Assembly: GCA_964484475.1 (NCBI GenBank)
Contig: CAZAFU010000001.1
Location: forward strand, 142-64,141
Length of the DNA: 64,000 nucleotides
Reading direction: 5' to 3'
Source of the DNA: an uncultured Caulobacterales bacterium
GTDB taxonomy: Bacteria; Pseudomonadota; Alphaproteobacteria; Caulobacterales; Parvularculaceae
The notes beneath the pieces are model-generated. The model was not told the DNA's origin. It did no database searches and was given only the letters and a program-made list of their open reading frames with translations. Each line of letters starts with the position of its first letter. The first letter of the stretch is position 1. The translations under genes were made by a program, and so were the position numbers. Positions 38,767 through 48,851 of this stretch are shown in pieces.

Positions 38767-41343
38767 TCAGTCCGTCGTCTCGAGATGATTCGCCTTTGGG
38801 GAGCTCAAGGCTTTCCGGATAGCCGCCCTGTATGCGCTGTCGGCAGCTTCCAACCGCGCAATGACTTTGTCGAAGTCAGCCCGGCCATGGAGGCCGTCGT
38901 AGAGGGGATTGTATTCGACGTTCAGCCGTCCACCGTATCCGGCCGCAGCATAGGTGGCGAGATACTCGACGGCGGCATCGTCCTGCCCTTCGAGGGCGGC
39001 AAGGCTCGCCGCCGCCATGTAATCCGAGGGTTCCCACCCTTCCTCGCCCAACCCGTCGACATGGGAGGTAAGCCTTTCCCTGATCTGGTCAGCGAGGGGA
39101 TCGTTGGCGGCCTCGAACGCCACGACCATCGATGCCGCGTGAGCGCTCGCCCATCCCGGCAAGGGGTTTGCACCGAGGACGTCCCATTGTTCGATCAACG
39201 CCGCGAATGCCATGCGTGCCGTCTCCAGGTCGCCGGTGAGAAAAGCGGCACGCGCGTCGGGGAGGGTCCTGCCGGGATCGGGCGGAAGGAGCTCGCCCCT
39301 CAGCGCAAGGACGAGTGCCCGCTGGCCACGATCGCTTGCCACCTCTGCGGCGAGATCGAGGAGACCGATGTCGACATAGGTCTCGAACAGGCCATTGAGC
39401 GCATGGGCGTAGCCTGGCGCGATGGCGAGCGCTGCGGAGAACCCTTCGAAGGACGCCACGGGATCACCGGCATTGAGCGCCATAAGGCCCACCATCATGT
39501 GCGAAGCGGGGGTCTTGCTGTTCCACCGCGCATTGTCCCGGGCCGTGGCGAGAGCCTCCCCGTGCTGGCCCGAGGCCGACTGTGCGAGCGCAAGATTTGC
39601 AAGTGTGGCTGGCGAGAGCGGGTCGACAAGCCGTGCTTGCCGGAACATCTCGATCGCGTCCTCGTACCGGCCCATGCCGATGAAGAGTCCGCCGCGCCGT
39701 TGCAGAACCCTTGCGTCGTTCGGATCCCGCGCAAAGGCTTCGTTCGCATACTGTAGGCCTTCGTCGAAGTTCATCTCGCGCATGGCAAGCCCCGCGGCCG
39801 TGAGCCTGGCGTCGACCGAAGCCGGATCCAGGGCCAGCGCCTGATCGATCCGCCCCCGGGCAAGCATGTAGGCTTCTTCGCGGTCTGCGCCGCCGTAATC
39901 CACAGAAAGGAAGTGAACCTCGGCAAGACCTGCATAGGCTGGTGCGAACGCAGGGTCAGCCTCGATTGCCCGTTCGAATGCGTCGCGTGCCGCGACAAGG
40001 GAGGCGGGCGTCCTCTGCTCGGCCAGCATCCGGCCCTGCAGGACGGCGTCGAGGGCCGCGAGGGAGCTCGTCCGCTCACCGGGTTCGACCAGCTCGCTCG
40101 GCAGGCTCCTGCCAGTCAGCGCCATCATGACGGCTTCCGCGACTTCGTCCTGGATCGCAAAGATGCCGTCGGCCGTCATCGGACGGTCGTAGGTCTCGGC
40201 CCAGATGTGTTGGTCGGTCGCGACATCGATGAGTTGCACCGTCACACGGAGCGTATCGCCCGACAGGCTGACCGAACCTTCGAGGACGTGCCCTACCCCG
40301 AGCGTCCTGCCGATGTCACTGATATCGGCACCGCGCTCCGCAATCGCGAAGGCCGACATACGCGAGGCCACCCGCAAGCCATCGACCTGTGCAAGGACGC
40401 GAAGGATCTGCTCGGCCACGCCGTCCGAGAAGTAGGCCTGGTCGGTTTCGGGGGAGAAATCCTGGAACGGCAGCACGGCCACGGAAATGACGGGATCCGC
40501 CGGGCCGCGGGGAAGCGCAGGCAGGTCAGGGGACTGATTTCCTTGAAGGAGCAGGATACCACTCAGAAACGCCACCAGCACGAGACCCGCAAGGATCGCA
40601 GCGTCCTGCGTTCGATTGGGTCCAGCAGGCTCGGCCAGGGCCGGTCCCGTCCTCCGCACGCCATCTGGCGTCAATTCAAAAGCCCAGGCCAGCAGAATGA
40701 CCAGCGGCAAGGCGGCCGCGAGGAAGACAAAGAAAGCCTTCAGCACCCAGCTCGGCGCACCGAACACCGGGAGAACGGCGACGGACACCTGAACGAGCAA
40801 CCACGCCACCACCGCGTAGGCCGCTGTGACCCGAACCACGTTCCGACGCTTCAGCTCCCGCCAAAACTGCCCCACCCCGGACCTCCGCCGTCCTGTTGGG
40901 GACGAATCTTCGTTCAGAAGGCCGTGCCCGTTGCCCCCAACCGGTCCGGCCGCGTCGTTGGGAGGAAGCGACGCCGAAACCTTCACGCAGTTCGGAGGAA
41001 CATTCCCGGAATGCGTGACGTCCTTGCGAAAGCGGTAGCCAAGTCCGTGTTTGGTCTCGATCCACTCAGGGGCCCGGGCATCGTCACCCAACGCCCGGCG
41101 AACCTCCCGGATCGCAGTTGTCAGGGCAGCGTCCGACACCACAAAGCCGCCCCAGGCGCGGGTGAAGAGTTCGTCCTTCGAAACGACCCGCCCGGCCCGT
41201 TCCATGAGCAGGGCCAGAATCGCATGCGGCTTCGCAGTCAGCCCCAAGGGCTTTCCGTCGAGCGAGGCTTCCCGATCCTCGAGATCCAGGCATAGCCTGT
41301 CCGCGATCAGGTAACGGCCCGATAATTCGGTCGTCTCCGTCAC
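38767..41343 (-). CDS. Membrane-anchored regulator: OmpR/CadC-type wHTH + TM + TolB-like + TPR
   Basis: LTTAIREVRRALGDDA..P..IETKHGLGYRF; ELKRRNV TM block; SVAVLPF; TPR repeats; GTG start at 41343. Confidence 0.87.
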   Translation of the reverse strand: MTETTELSGRYLIADRLCLDLEDREASLDGKPLGLTAKPHAILALLMERAGRVVSKDELFTRAWGGFVVSDAALTTAIREVRRALGDDARAPEWIETKHGLGYRFRKDVTHSGNVPPNCVKVSASLPPNDAAGPVGGNGHGLLNEDSSPTGRRRSGVGQFWRELKRRNVVRVTAAYAVVAWLLVQVSVAVLPVFGAPSWVLKAFFVFLAAALPLVILLAWAFELTPDGVRRTGPALAEPAGPNRTQDAAILAGLVLVAFLSGILLLQGNQSPDLPALPRGPADPVISVAVLPFQDFSPETDQAYFSDGVAEQILRVLAQVDGLRVASRMSAFAIAERGADISDIGRTLGVGHVLEGSVSLSGDTLRVTVQLIDVATDQHIWAETYDRPMTADGIFAIQDEVAEAVMMALTGRSLPSELVEPGERTSSLAALDAVLQGRMLAEQRTPASLVAARDAFERAIEADPAFAPAYAGLAEVHFLSVDYGGADREEAYMLARGRIDQALALDPASVDARLTAAGLAMREMNFDEGLQYANEAFARDPNDARVLQRRGGLFIGMGRYEDAIEMFRQARLVDPLSPATLANLALAQSASGQHGEALATARDNARWNSKTPASHMMVGLMALNAGDPVASFEGFSAALAIAPGYAHALNGLFETYVDIGLLDLAAEVASDRGQRALVLALRGELLPPDPGRTLPDARAAFLTGDLETARMAFAALIEQWDVLGANPLPGWASAHAASMVVAFEAANDPLADQIRERLTSHVDGLGEEGWEPSDYMAAASLAALEGQDDAAVEYLATYAAAGYGGRLNVEYNPLYDGLHGRADFDKVIARLEAADSAYRAAIRKALSSPKANHLETTD

Positions 41344-41973
41344 GTCCGCCTGACTCCCCGATCCGATCACGCTGGCGTGGCGCGACCGAGGCCCCCGGTC
41401 CCATTCTGAACCTCTACGGTCGGCGATACCACCACTTTTCAGATTTTCCTCAGAACTCCCACAACCCCACCTTGTACTGGATCCTCTCACCGCCTGCTGA
41501 CTGTTGGTCCCAGGATGTTGATCGGTATCGGTTTTTATCCGTGCAGGGATACAATCACGCTTCTGTCCGGCCGAACTGCCGAATTCAGGACATTCTCAAG
41601 CAAGCCGATGAGAAAGGTCGCATCGTCACCTCAACGGCCATGGCTTCCGCATGCGGCCGGAATGAGAGAATGACGATGCCCGATCTGTCAGTCGCCTTGC
41701 CTGGAGCCGCCTTCCCCATGGACGGGGATTGTCGTGGCCGACCTCCGCGTGGTCCGGAACCTCCGGCAGGCCTTCCCGGGCATGTCCGCGGCCGAGGCTG
41801 CCCTGCGAAAGGACCGTCCCCTCTCCGACCGGTCCTCACGGCCTCTCCCGTGCCCCTGCCGACAACATCGCTCGCGGGGAGGGCATCCATCACCGTCCGG
41901 CGGGAACGCCCTGCCCTGTCCCGTCCGTCATGACCCACTGCGCTCACCCCATCACTCTTTCAGGAGACACATC

Positions 41974-43749
41974 ATGAAACGCCGACTCATTCTCACCGCC
42001 GCTGCGGTTCCGGCTTGCACGGCCGCCCTTCTTCTCACCGTCGAGCGCTCACCCGCAGGCGTGCCCTTCATCGAGCCGAGCGCTATCGCCCGGGCGCAGT
42101 GCGGGCGAGCTCCGGATGCGCTGTCCCAGCGGCGGGCGTTGTTCGTTTCGGCGGCGAAAGCCTATGCGGGTCCAGCCACAGGGAGTGGTCAAGGCGCCTT
42201 GCCCGACACCGTTCCGGGGTTCCACTACGATGCGGGCACGGACGTCGCCGAGGCGCAGGCCTGGTTCGACCGGGGACTTGCGGATCTCTTCAACTTCCAT
42301 CACGGCGCGGCCGTCAATGCGTTCAGGCAGGCCCAAGCGGCTGATCCCGAATGTGCGCTCTGCTATTGGGGCGAGGCTTTGGCGCTTGGCCCGAACATCA
42401 ATGCACCGATGAACCCGGCCGATATGCCGGCTGCGTTCGAGGCAACGCTCGCCGCGCAGGCGCGCATGGCCGATGCGTCGCCACAGGCGCGTGCACTCAT
42501 CGAAGCGCTTTCCCGGCGCTACACGGACGATGTGGAGGCCGAACGCGCGCCTCTCGACGCTGCCTTCGCCGACGCCATGGACGAAGCCGCGCGGGCCTTT
42601 CCACAAGACGACTTCATCCAGGTTCTCGCAGCCGAAGCCAACATGGACACCCAGCCCTGGGACTACTGGGCCGTGGCCGGACGCGAGCCGCATGGCCGCA
42701 CCGCGCGGACGATCGAGCTTCTTGAAACCGTACTGGACCGCGCACCGCAATACGCCCCCGCAATACATCTCTACATTCACATCACGGAGGCCTCCGAGGA
42801 TCCCTACCGCTCCCTTCCCTATGCGGACCGTCTGGCCGAACTGGCGCCGGGGCTTGGGCATTTGATCCACATGCCTTCGCACGCCTACTTCCGTGTAGGC
42901 CGTTACGAGGACTCGCTCGAACGGAATATCGATGCGGTCGCTGCCGATGAGGAATTGATTGGCCGCGGCGAGGCCAGTGAATTCTACGAGTACGGCTATT
43001 ACACCCACAACGTCCACTTCGCCCTGACATCTTCACAAATGGGTGGGGACGGAGAAACGGCCCTCCGAATGGCCGAGAAACTGGATGCCAAACTGCCGAT
43101 CGAAATGGCCGTCGCCGCGCCCTGGGTGCAGCCGATCAAGGCCGCGCCCTACTACGCGCTGGTCCAGTTCGGAAAACCGGACGACATCCTGGCGCTGCCC
43201 GATCCCGGTGACGACCTTCCGTTCTTGAAGGCAGCCTGGCATTACGCCCGCGGTGAGGCGTTCGCTCGCTCGAGGCAACCAGACCGGGCCCTGGCAGAAG
43301 CCGCAGAGATCGAAAAACTCGAAACCGAAGCCGACTTCGCAGACCTGATCGGCGGCGGCGTTCCCGCCCCGGAAGTCCTTGCTATCAGCCGCCTGACAAT
43401 CAAGGGGCGGGCGGCTGCCATGGAGGGTGACCTGCAAACAGCGATCGCAGCCATGGAGGAAGCCACGGCCTTGCAGGAAGCCATGCCATATATGGAACCG
43501 CCGTGGTGGTACTATCCCAGCAGGCAGACCCTCGCCGCCTATCTCCTCGCGGATGGCCAGACCGAACGGGCAGAACAACTGTTCATCGAAACCCTGGCCC
43601 AGTCACCCAACAACGCCTGGGTATTGTTCGGGCTCAGCGAGGTCTATGCGACCGAGGGCGACAGGGCCTCGCGCCGTTATGCCAGAAGGCTGTTCGACAA
43701 GGCCTGGCTCGGCAACAGGCGCAACGCACCGGAGTTGTTGGAACTGTGA
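41974..43749 (+). CDS. Exported TPR-containing protein
   Basis: AQAWFDRGL....FHH, WGEALALGPNIN, HLYIH and HLIHMPSH motifs; AGGAG RBS. Confidence 0.85.
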   Translation: MKRRLILTAAAVPACTAALLLTVERSPAGVPFIEPSAIARAQCGRAPDALSQRRALFVSAAKAYAGPATGSGQGALPDTVPGFHYDAGTDVAEAQAWFDRGLADLFNFHHGAAVNAFRQAQAADPECALCYWGEALALGPNINAPMNPADMPAAFEATLAAQARMADASPQARALIEALSRRYTDDVEAERAPLDAAFADAMDEAARAFPQDDFIQVLAAEANMDTQPWDYWAVAGREPHGRTARTIELLETVLDRAPQYAPAIHLYIHITEASEDPYRSLPYADRLAELAPGLGHLIHMPSHAYFRVGRYEDSLERNIDAVAADEELIGRGEASEFYEYGYYTHNVHFALTSSQMGGDGETALRMAEKLDAKLPIEMAVAAPWVQPIKAAPYYALVQFGKPDDILALPDPGDDLPFLKAAWHYARGEAFARSRQPDRALAEAAEIEKLETEADFADLIGGGVPAPEVLAISRLTIKGRAAAMEGDLQTAIAAMEEATALQEAMPYMEPPWWYYPSRQTLAAYLLADGQTERAEQLFIETLAQSPNNAWVLFGLSEVYATEGDRASRRYARRLFDKAWLGNRRNAPELLEL

Positions 43750-43945
43750 GAAGACGGGCCACTGCCGCGGGGCTGATCCGTCTGCAGATGTCCTGAAGTT
43801 TCCCCTCCGGCTACTGAGCGGCGCCTTGGGGGTCCGGAAGGATTGGAGAAGTTCAGCCTCTTTTGAGACCAAAGGTGACACGGAAATCCGGGTCCGACCG
43901 CACGGTCGATACTCGACGCGCGGCCTGACCAGCTCGTTGAACCGA

Positions 43946-44983
43946 CTAGGTCGCGCCCGGATTCTGGATGGGTGGCGGGTTCTCTCTCCGCCTCTGGTTG
44001 TTCTCGTCGAAGATGCTTGGCGTACGTTCCCTCAGCTGGTCCTGGCGCGAGGCGGGATCCGGTTCACGAACGCGGATGCGGTCCTCCGCCGGCGCGAGTT
44101 CACCGGGCGGCGCGACCTCGGCGAGGATCGAGGCGGAAACGCCGTCACGTTCCTTGAGGTAGGCATCGACATAGGGCCGGGCAGCATCCTGATCGGCGAA
44201 CCGCCAGGTCCCCTGCAGGGAGCCTTCGATGACCAGGGCATAAACGGCCTTTTCGATGGCGCGGCGTACTGCGAGCTGCGGCGGCTCGTTGGCTGTGATC
44301 CCCGCTTCGATTTCCAGAAGCTTGTCGATCTCGACGAAGCGGAAAGCTCCGCCCTGCAAGGAAACCGAGGCAATGTTTTTCGACGCCGTCACCGAGCGGA
44401 GGAGCCGGCCGTTCTGGGTGCTGGCCGCACGAAGAGCGACGGTCACGCGATCATGCTGATAGGCCGTCGAGCCGCCGATCCCGAGATATCGAGCTCCGAG
44501 CCCGCCCGTATGGGTGTTGGTCTCGTAGGAGACGACGCCGCCTTCGAGCAGTATCGGCGCGTAAAGAAGAGGCGGCGGCGGCGCCAGTGGCGCGCCGTCA
44601 GGCCCCAGATATTGCTGCCTCGTCGACCGGATCAGCTGGCGCTCGCGCAGGAGGTTGTCGAGGCCCGCCCGCTCGAGAACGATGAACCACTGTCCCCTTC
44701 CGACTTCCTGCAAAGCCTCGATCAACATGGCGACGGCGCCCTGGGTCACCGCGCGGCTGTATTCGGGGAACTGCTGATTGGGTTTGTGCTGCCCCGTGAG
44801 GTCGGGAAAGTCGTAGACCGCCACGATGATAGGCTCGGGCGGCGGAGGTAGTTCGTGTAGAGATCTCTCCGTTTTCGTCTCGAGAGCGAGCTGCGGCTCG
44901 CCTCCCTGGAACGGCTTGTGTGCGCAGGCCGTCAGACTGACCGCGAGCAAGGCGGTCAGGGCCATCCTTCCCAGAACCCTCAT
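43946..44983 (-). CDS. csgG: Curli secretion channel CsgG/HfaB family lipoprotein
   Basis: LTAC lipobox; VAVYDFPDLTGQ.K, SRAVTQG, LDNLLRERQLIRSTR and GARYLGIG motifs. Confidence 0.93.
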   Translation of the reverse strand: MRVLGRMALTALLAVSLTACAHKPFQGGEPQLALETKTERSLHELPPPPEPIIVAVYDFPDLTGQHKPNQQFPEYSRAVTQGAVAMLIEALQEVGRGQWFIVLERAGLDNLLRERQLIRSTRQQYLGPDGAPLAPPPPLLYAPILLEGGVVSYETNTHTGGLGARYLGIGGSTAYQHDRVTVALRAASTQNGRLLRSVTASKNIASVSLQGGAFRFVEIDKLLEIEAGITANEPPQLAVRRAIEKAVYALVIEGSLQGTWRFADQDAARPYVDAYLKERDGVSASILAEVAPPGELAPAEDRIRVREPDPASRQDQLRERTPSIFDENNQRRRENPPPIQNPGAT

Positions 44984-44995
44984 GATGTCGCCCGA

Positions 44996-45400
44996 CTAAA
45001 AGGCCGGTGCGGGAATCTCGATGACGGTCTCGCCTCCGGTGACGAGATCGATGATCGTCAGCTCGACGAAATTGCCGATCCGTTCGAAACGGATCTCGAG
45101 GTCGCCGACCGGAATGATACCCGAGTCCTGAGGGTTCTCGCCGAAAAGCCTGTCCTCGATCTCAGCCGACACACGGCCCAGCAGGCGCGCTTGCAGACCG
45201 CCCTGAAAGTCGTCGATCGGATCGATACGCACATCGTCGTGCTGGTTCTGGAGCTGGGCCTGCCCGAGCAGGAACTCACCGTTGAAGGGGTTTCCCCCGA
45301 AGTTCGGGTTCACGGGCTGGTAGACCAGATCGCCGGCAGCCGCCGAGCCCAGCGACAACGCGACGGCGCCGGTGGCCCATAGAATGTGAAGTGATCTCAT
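44996..45400 (-). CDS. csgF: Curli assembly protein CsgF
   Basis: DLVYQPVNPNFGGNPFN..LL..A..QN signature. Confidence 0.92.
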   Translation of the reverse strand: MRSLHILWATGAVALSLGSAAAGDLVYQPVNPNFGGNPFNGEFLLGQAQLQNQHDDVRIDPIDDFQGGLQARLLGRVSAEIEDRLFGENPQDSGIIPVGDLEIRFERIGNFVELTIIDLVTGGETVIEIPAPAF

Positions 45401-45496
45401 CCGCTCGCTCCGGTTCTTTGAGAATTGAAGTAAGGCGCGGGTGCCGGGGGGCGAGTTCTTTCTGCACCCCAAAAGCACCCGGTTGGAGGGCCCTCA

Positions 45497-47881
45497 TCAG
45501 TTGTTCTGGTTCACCGTGTAGCCGCCGCCACCCGACGCAGGGCCGGTATAGCGCATGGAGAAGCTGTTGTTGTCACCGCTCTGGTTGATGGTGACGGCGT
45601 AGCCGCTGCCGAGCTGCGAGACGTCGACGGAGTTGTTGTTGCCGTCTTGGGAGACCTCCGCGGTCAGGTTGTTGCCGCGCTGCAGGAAGTTGATGACGTT
45701 GTTGTTGCCCTGCTGCTGGTAATTCGCAGTCAGAGAGTTTCCGCCGAGAGCCTGCTGCCGTGAGCGGATGCGGTTCCCGTCACCGGTCTGCTGGGCGGTG
45801 GCGGCGATGTTGTTCCCGTCACCGATCTGTTCGAGCTTGGCGAAGTTCATGCCGCCCTGCTGGGCGATCGTGGCCTCACGGCTCGTGCCCTGCCCGCTCT
45901 GGAGAATTTCGGCCCGGTTTCCGGTCCCGACGGACTGGTCGATGTCGGCGACATTGGTACCGTTCTGCGGCTGGGCATTGACCTGGCGGATCATCGCTGT
46001 GTTGGCCGAGGAGATCTGGTCGATCGCAGCCTCGTTGCCGCCGCTGTTCTGGTCGATCATGGCGACGTTGTTGTCCGCGCCCGTTCCGGTCGAGATCGAA
46101 GCTTCCGCCGCGGTACCCTGCCCGGTCTGTTCGATCGTGGACTGATTGCCCATGCCGTTGTTCGCGATCGAGCCGTTGAGGGCAATCCCGTCCTGCATGA
46201 TTTCGGCCGTGTTGGCCATGCCAGGCTGGGAGATCGACGCCGTGCTGCCGGTCCCGCCCGACGCACGGGTCTGCATGATGGTGCCGGTATTGTTGTCACC
46301 GCCCTGATCGATATCGGCCGTGTCCGTACCGGAGGTCGCGTCAATCGACTGATCGATACTGGCGTCGTTACCGAAGCTCCCGTCCGTTGACTGATCGATG
46401 GCGGCACTGCTTGAACCGCCCGCTCCTCCCTGCACGATGTCTGCAACCTGGTCCTCGCCGGCCTGATCTACATCGGAAGTGTTGCCGCCCGCGCCGTTCT
46501 GGGTGACCGTAGCTTCTGCGGTGAGGCCGGTTTGGCTGACATTGGCGATCTGGGCGGGTCCGGCCTGCTCGACGGTGGCCTGGTTCTCATCGCCTGGCTG
46601 CACCAGCGTGACGGTGCTGCCCGTACCGCCGGTCGAGCGGTTCTGGGTCACCTCCGCGGTATTGTCGTTGCCGCCCTGATCGATGTCGGTGTTGTCGGTG
46701 CCCGACATTGCATCGATGTTCTGGACGATGGTCGCCTCGTTGCCCGTCGTCTCGTCGGTGGACTGATCGATAGCACCGACACTGCCGCCGCCCGCGCCGC
46801 GCTGTTCGATGGTGGCGTCCTGATCCTCCCCGGTCTGGTCGATGTCGGACAGGTTGCTACCGCCTTCGCCTTCCTGGGTGATCGTCGCGCTGAGGTCGGT
46901 CGAGCCCGAGCCCTCTTGGGCGATCTGTGCGTTGTTTCCTCCGCCGGACCCGCCTTGTGTGACGTCGGCGGTACTCATCGAGCCGTTCTGGTTGACAGTC
47001 GTCAGATTGCCTTCGCCCGCCGCGGTGGTGTCGACCTGATCAACGGTTGCCGCCAGCATCGTGCCGGCCTGTGTGATCGTGGCTTCGTGGCCGCCGCCTG
47101 CGCCGGTCTGGCTCGTGGTCACGCTGTTCTGGTCGCCGGAGATATCAATGTCGGTGTTGTTCGGGGCTTCAGCGCCCGCCTGGGTCGTCTCCGCCTCGTT
47201 CCCGTTGCCGGACTGGACCGAGATCGACGATTTGTGCTGCTCGCCCCGCTGGGAAATGAAGCCCGTGTTGTCATTGCCGAGGAGCGTCACGTCCCCCTCA
47301 TGGGCGATGCCGTCCTGGTAGATCTGGCTTTCGTTCCGGTCGCCGTCGAGGGTGTGGGTCTGGTTGTTGCCTGTCGCGTTGCCGTCCTGATTGCCGACCT
47401 GCTGACCGAACGAGCTATTGGCGTCCCCGTTCTGCTCGATCCGCGCCGTGCTCGCGTCGCCAGCCTGGTCGAGATAGGCGATGCTGTCGGTCGCCTCGTT
47501 GCCGCTCTCACCTTGCAGGATCACCGCAGTCGAACTGTCCGCGCCGCCGCCGACGGGATCATCCTGATCGATGGCCGCAGCGTTCCCGTCGCCGAATTGC
47601 TCGATGCGTGAGGTCGATCCAGAACCGTCCTGAAAGATGCCCGCGCCTTCGGGCGCGACGGTCAGGCTTTCCCCGTTGAAGAACTCAAAACTCGTCACGC
47701 CGTTCAGGTTGCCGTCGGCACTGTTGTTCGTGCCGGTCTGCTGGATCACGGCCGTGCTGTTTTCCTCGGTCTCCTGATCGGCCTGGATGATGAGCTCTGA
47801 ATTCTGGGCAAGCGCCTGGCTGGTCATGAAGGCAGTCGAAAGGGCGAGCAGTGATGCGGTGGTCCGGAAGGGCATGGGCAA
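45497..47881 (-). CDS. csgA: Very large curlin (CsgA/CsgB-like amyloid subunit)
   Basis: Sec signal, then roughly 30 N-x-A-x-I-x-Q-x-G curlin repeats; directly upstream of csgF-csgG. Confidence 0.85.
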   Translation of the reverse strand: MPMPFRTTASLLALSTAFMTSQALAQNSELIIQADQETEENSTAVIQQTGTNNSADGNLNGVTSFEFFNGESLTVAPEGAGIFQDGSGSTSRIEQFGDGNAAAIDQDDPVGGGADSSTAVILQGESGNEATDSIAYLDQAGDASTARIEQNGDANSSFGQQVGNQDGNATGNNQTHTLDGDRNESQIYQDGIAHEGDVTLLGNDNTGFISQRGEQHKSSISVQSGNGNEAETTQAGAEAPNNTDIDISGDQNSVTTSQTGAGGGHEATITQAGTMLAATVDQVDTTAAGEGNLTTVNQNGSMSTADVTQGGSGGGNNAQIAQEGSGSTDLSATITQEGEGGSNLSDIDQTGEDQDATIEQRGAGGGSVGAIDQSTDETTGNEATIVQNIDAMSGTDNTDIDQGGNDNTAEVTQNRSTGGTGSTVTLVQPGDENQATVEQAGPAQIANVSQTGLTAEATVTQNGAGGNTSDVDQAGEDQVADIVQGGAGGSSSAAIDQSTDGSFGNDASIDQSIDATSGTDTADIDQGGDNNTGTIMQTRASGGTGSTASISQPGMANTAEIMQDGIALNGSIANNGMGNQSTIEQTGQGTAAEASISTGTGADNNVAMIDQNSGGNEAAIDQISSANTAMIRQVNAQPQNGTNVADIDQSVGTGNRAEILQSGQGTSREATIAQQGGMNFAKLEQIGDGNNIAATAQQTGDGNRIRSRQQALGGNSLTANYQQQGNNNVINFLQRGNNLTAEVSQDGNNNSVDVSQLGSGYAVTINQSGDNNSFSMRYTGPASGGGGYTVNQNN
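46220..46849 (-). repeat. Higher-order internal duplication in the curlin
   Basis: Two 86-aa blocks (46592-46849 and 46220-46477) share DQ.GEDQ, AIDQSTD, IDA.SGTD, DIDQGG, GGTGST and QPG; offset 372 nt. Confidence 0.85.
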
Positions 47882-48148
47882 CCTCTGTGGTGGCTTGAAT
47901 GGTGACCCCAGGAAGGGAGCCGAAGCTTACGGGCGGTACGACACGTCACCATGACGACCGTTCCTCGTCGGACTGCGACTTCCCCGGAACGGCATTCCCG
48001 TTCCCGTGAACGCTACCCATGGATGCAGGGTGGCAAGTCGCGACACGCTTCTGGGGTATCAAGTTCCCGTCATGGCTGCCCTCCCGAGTTTTCCTGGCGG
48101 AGCGGCCGTGCTGGACGGTGAGGACTGTTCCAACAGGGGGATTTCTGT

Positions 48149-48769
48149 ATGAAAACTGTATTGGGTGCCGTCCTCGGCACGGCTTTGTTTGTCTCAGCAG
48201 CGGAGGCCGCGGTCACGTTCACCGATCGCGCAGACTTCCTCGACGCAGTCGAACACGCAGCGTTGTTGATGGACGACTTCGACAACGACATCGCGTCGGG
48301 CCAGTCGATCACCTTCGACAGCGGCATCGTTTCTGAGAACAGCCTCGACCTTGACGACCCGTTCCTCGATTTCAACTTCGTGGACAACGGCGCGTTCCAG
48401 AACACCGTGGGCTCGACTGCCGGTGGTACCAACGTCTTCAACTTCTCGACACCGATCTACGCTTTCGGCGCTGATTTCTCGACGGAGACGAGCGGGCTGA
48501 CCATCACTCTCGGCGGGCCCGATGGCGAGACGAGCTTCAACCTCGACGATTTTCTGGATGAAAGCGACTTCTTCGGAAGGGACGGTTTCTTCGGTGTCCT
48601 GACGGACCAACCGATCACGCAGATTGCGTTCTCGACGACCGACTTCTTCGGCACCACCTTCGAAATCGACAACCTGGTCGCGGCGGAGGTCCCTCTTCCC
48701 GCAGCTGCGCCCCTGTTCGGCCTTGCCTTGGCGGGCGCATCGTTCTGGAGACGTCGCCGCCACGCCTGA
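48149..48769 (+). CDS. VPLPA-CTERM (PEP-CTERM-type) sorting domain protein
   Basis: Signal peptide; C-terminal VPLPAAAPLF + TM helix + RRRR. Confidence 0.92.
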   Translation: MKTVLGAVLGTALFVSAAEAAVTFTDRADFLDAVEHAALLMDDFDNDIASGQSITFDSGIVSENSLDLDDPFLDFNFVDNGAFQNTVGSTAGGTNVFNFSTPIYAFGADFSTETSGLTITLGGPDGETSFNLDDFLDESDFFGRDGFFGVLTDQPITQIAFSTTDFFGTTFEIDNLVAAEVPLPAAAPLFGLALAGASFWRRRRHA

Positions 48770-48799
48770 AGACGGACGACTGATGACCATCAGAACGAA

Positions 48800-48828
48800 A
48801 AAAGCCGGGGGCAGCGCCCCCGGCTTTT
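48800..48828. terminator. Bidirectional rho-independent terminator
   Basis: AAAAGCCGGGGGC-AGC-GCCCCCGGCTTTT between convergent genes. Confidence 0.9.
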
Positions 48829-48851
48829 CCGCATTCACTATGCAAAGACGA

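Noticed and set aside
41472-41973. Small ORFs and the 80-aa upstream extension of the TPR gene
   Set aside because: Low-complexity Pro/Arg-rich translations; the RBS and signal peptide support the start at 41974
43750-43945. Intergenic gap checked for a tRNA, att site or IS end
   Set aside because: No cloverleaf, terminal inverted repeats or integrase/transposase seen here or elsewhere in the window
45497-47881. Repetitive DNA considered as a CRISPR array or tandem repeat
   Set aside because: Repeats are degenerate, in-frame protein repeats (curlin); no identical direct repeats with spacers and no cas genes
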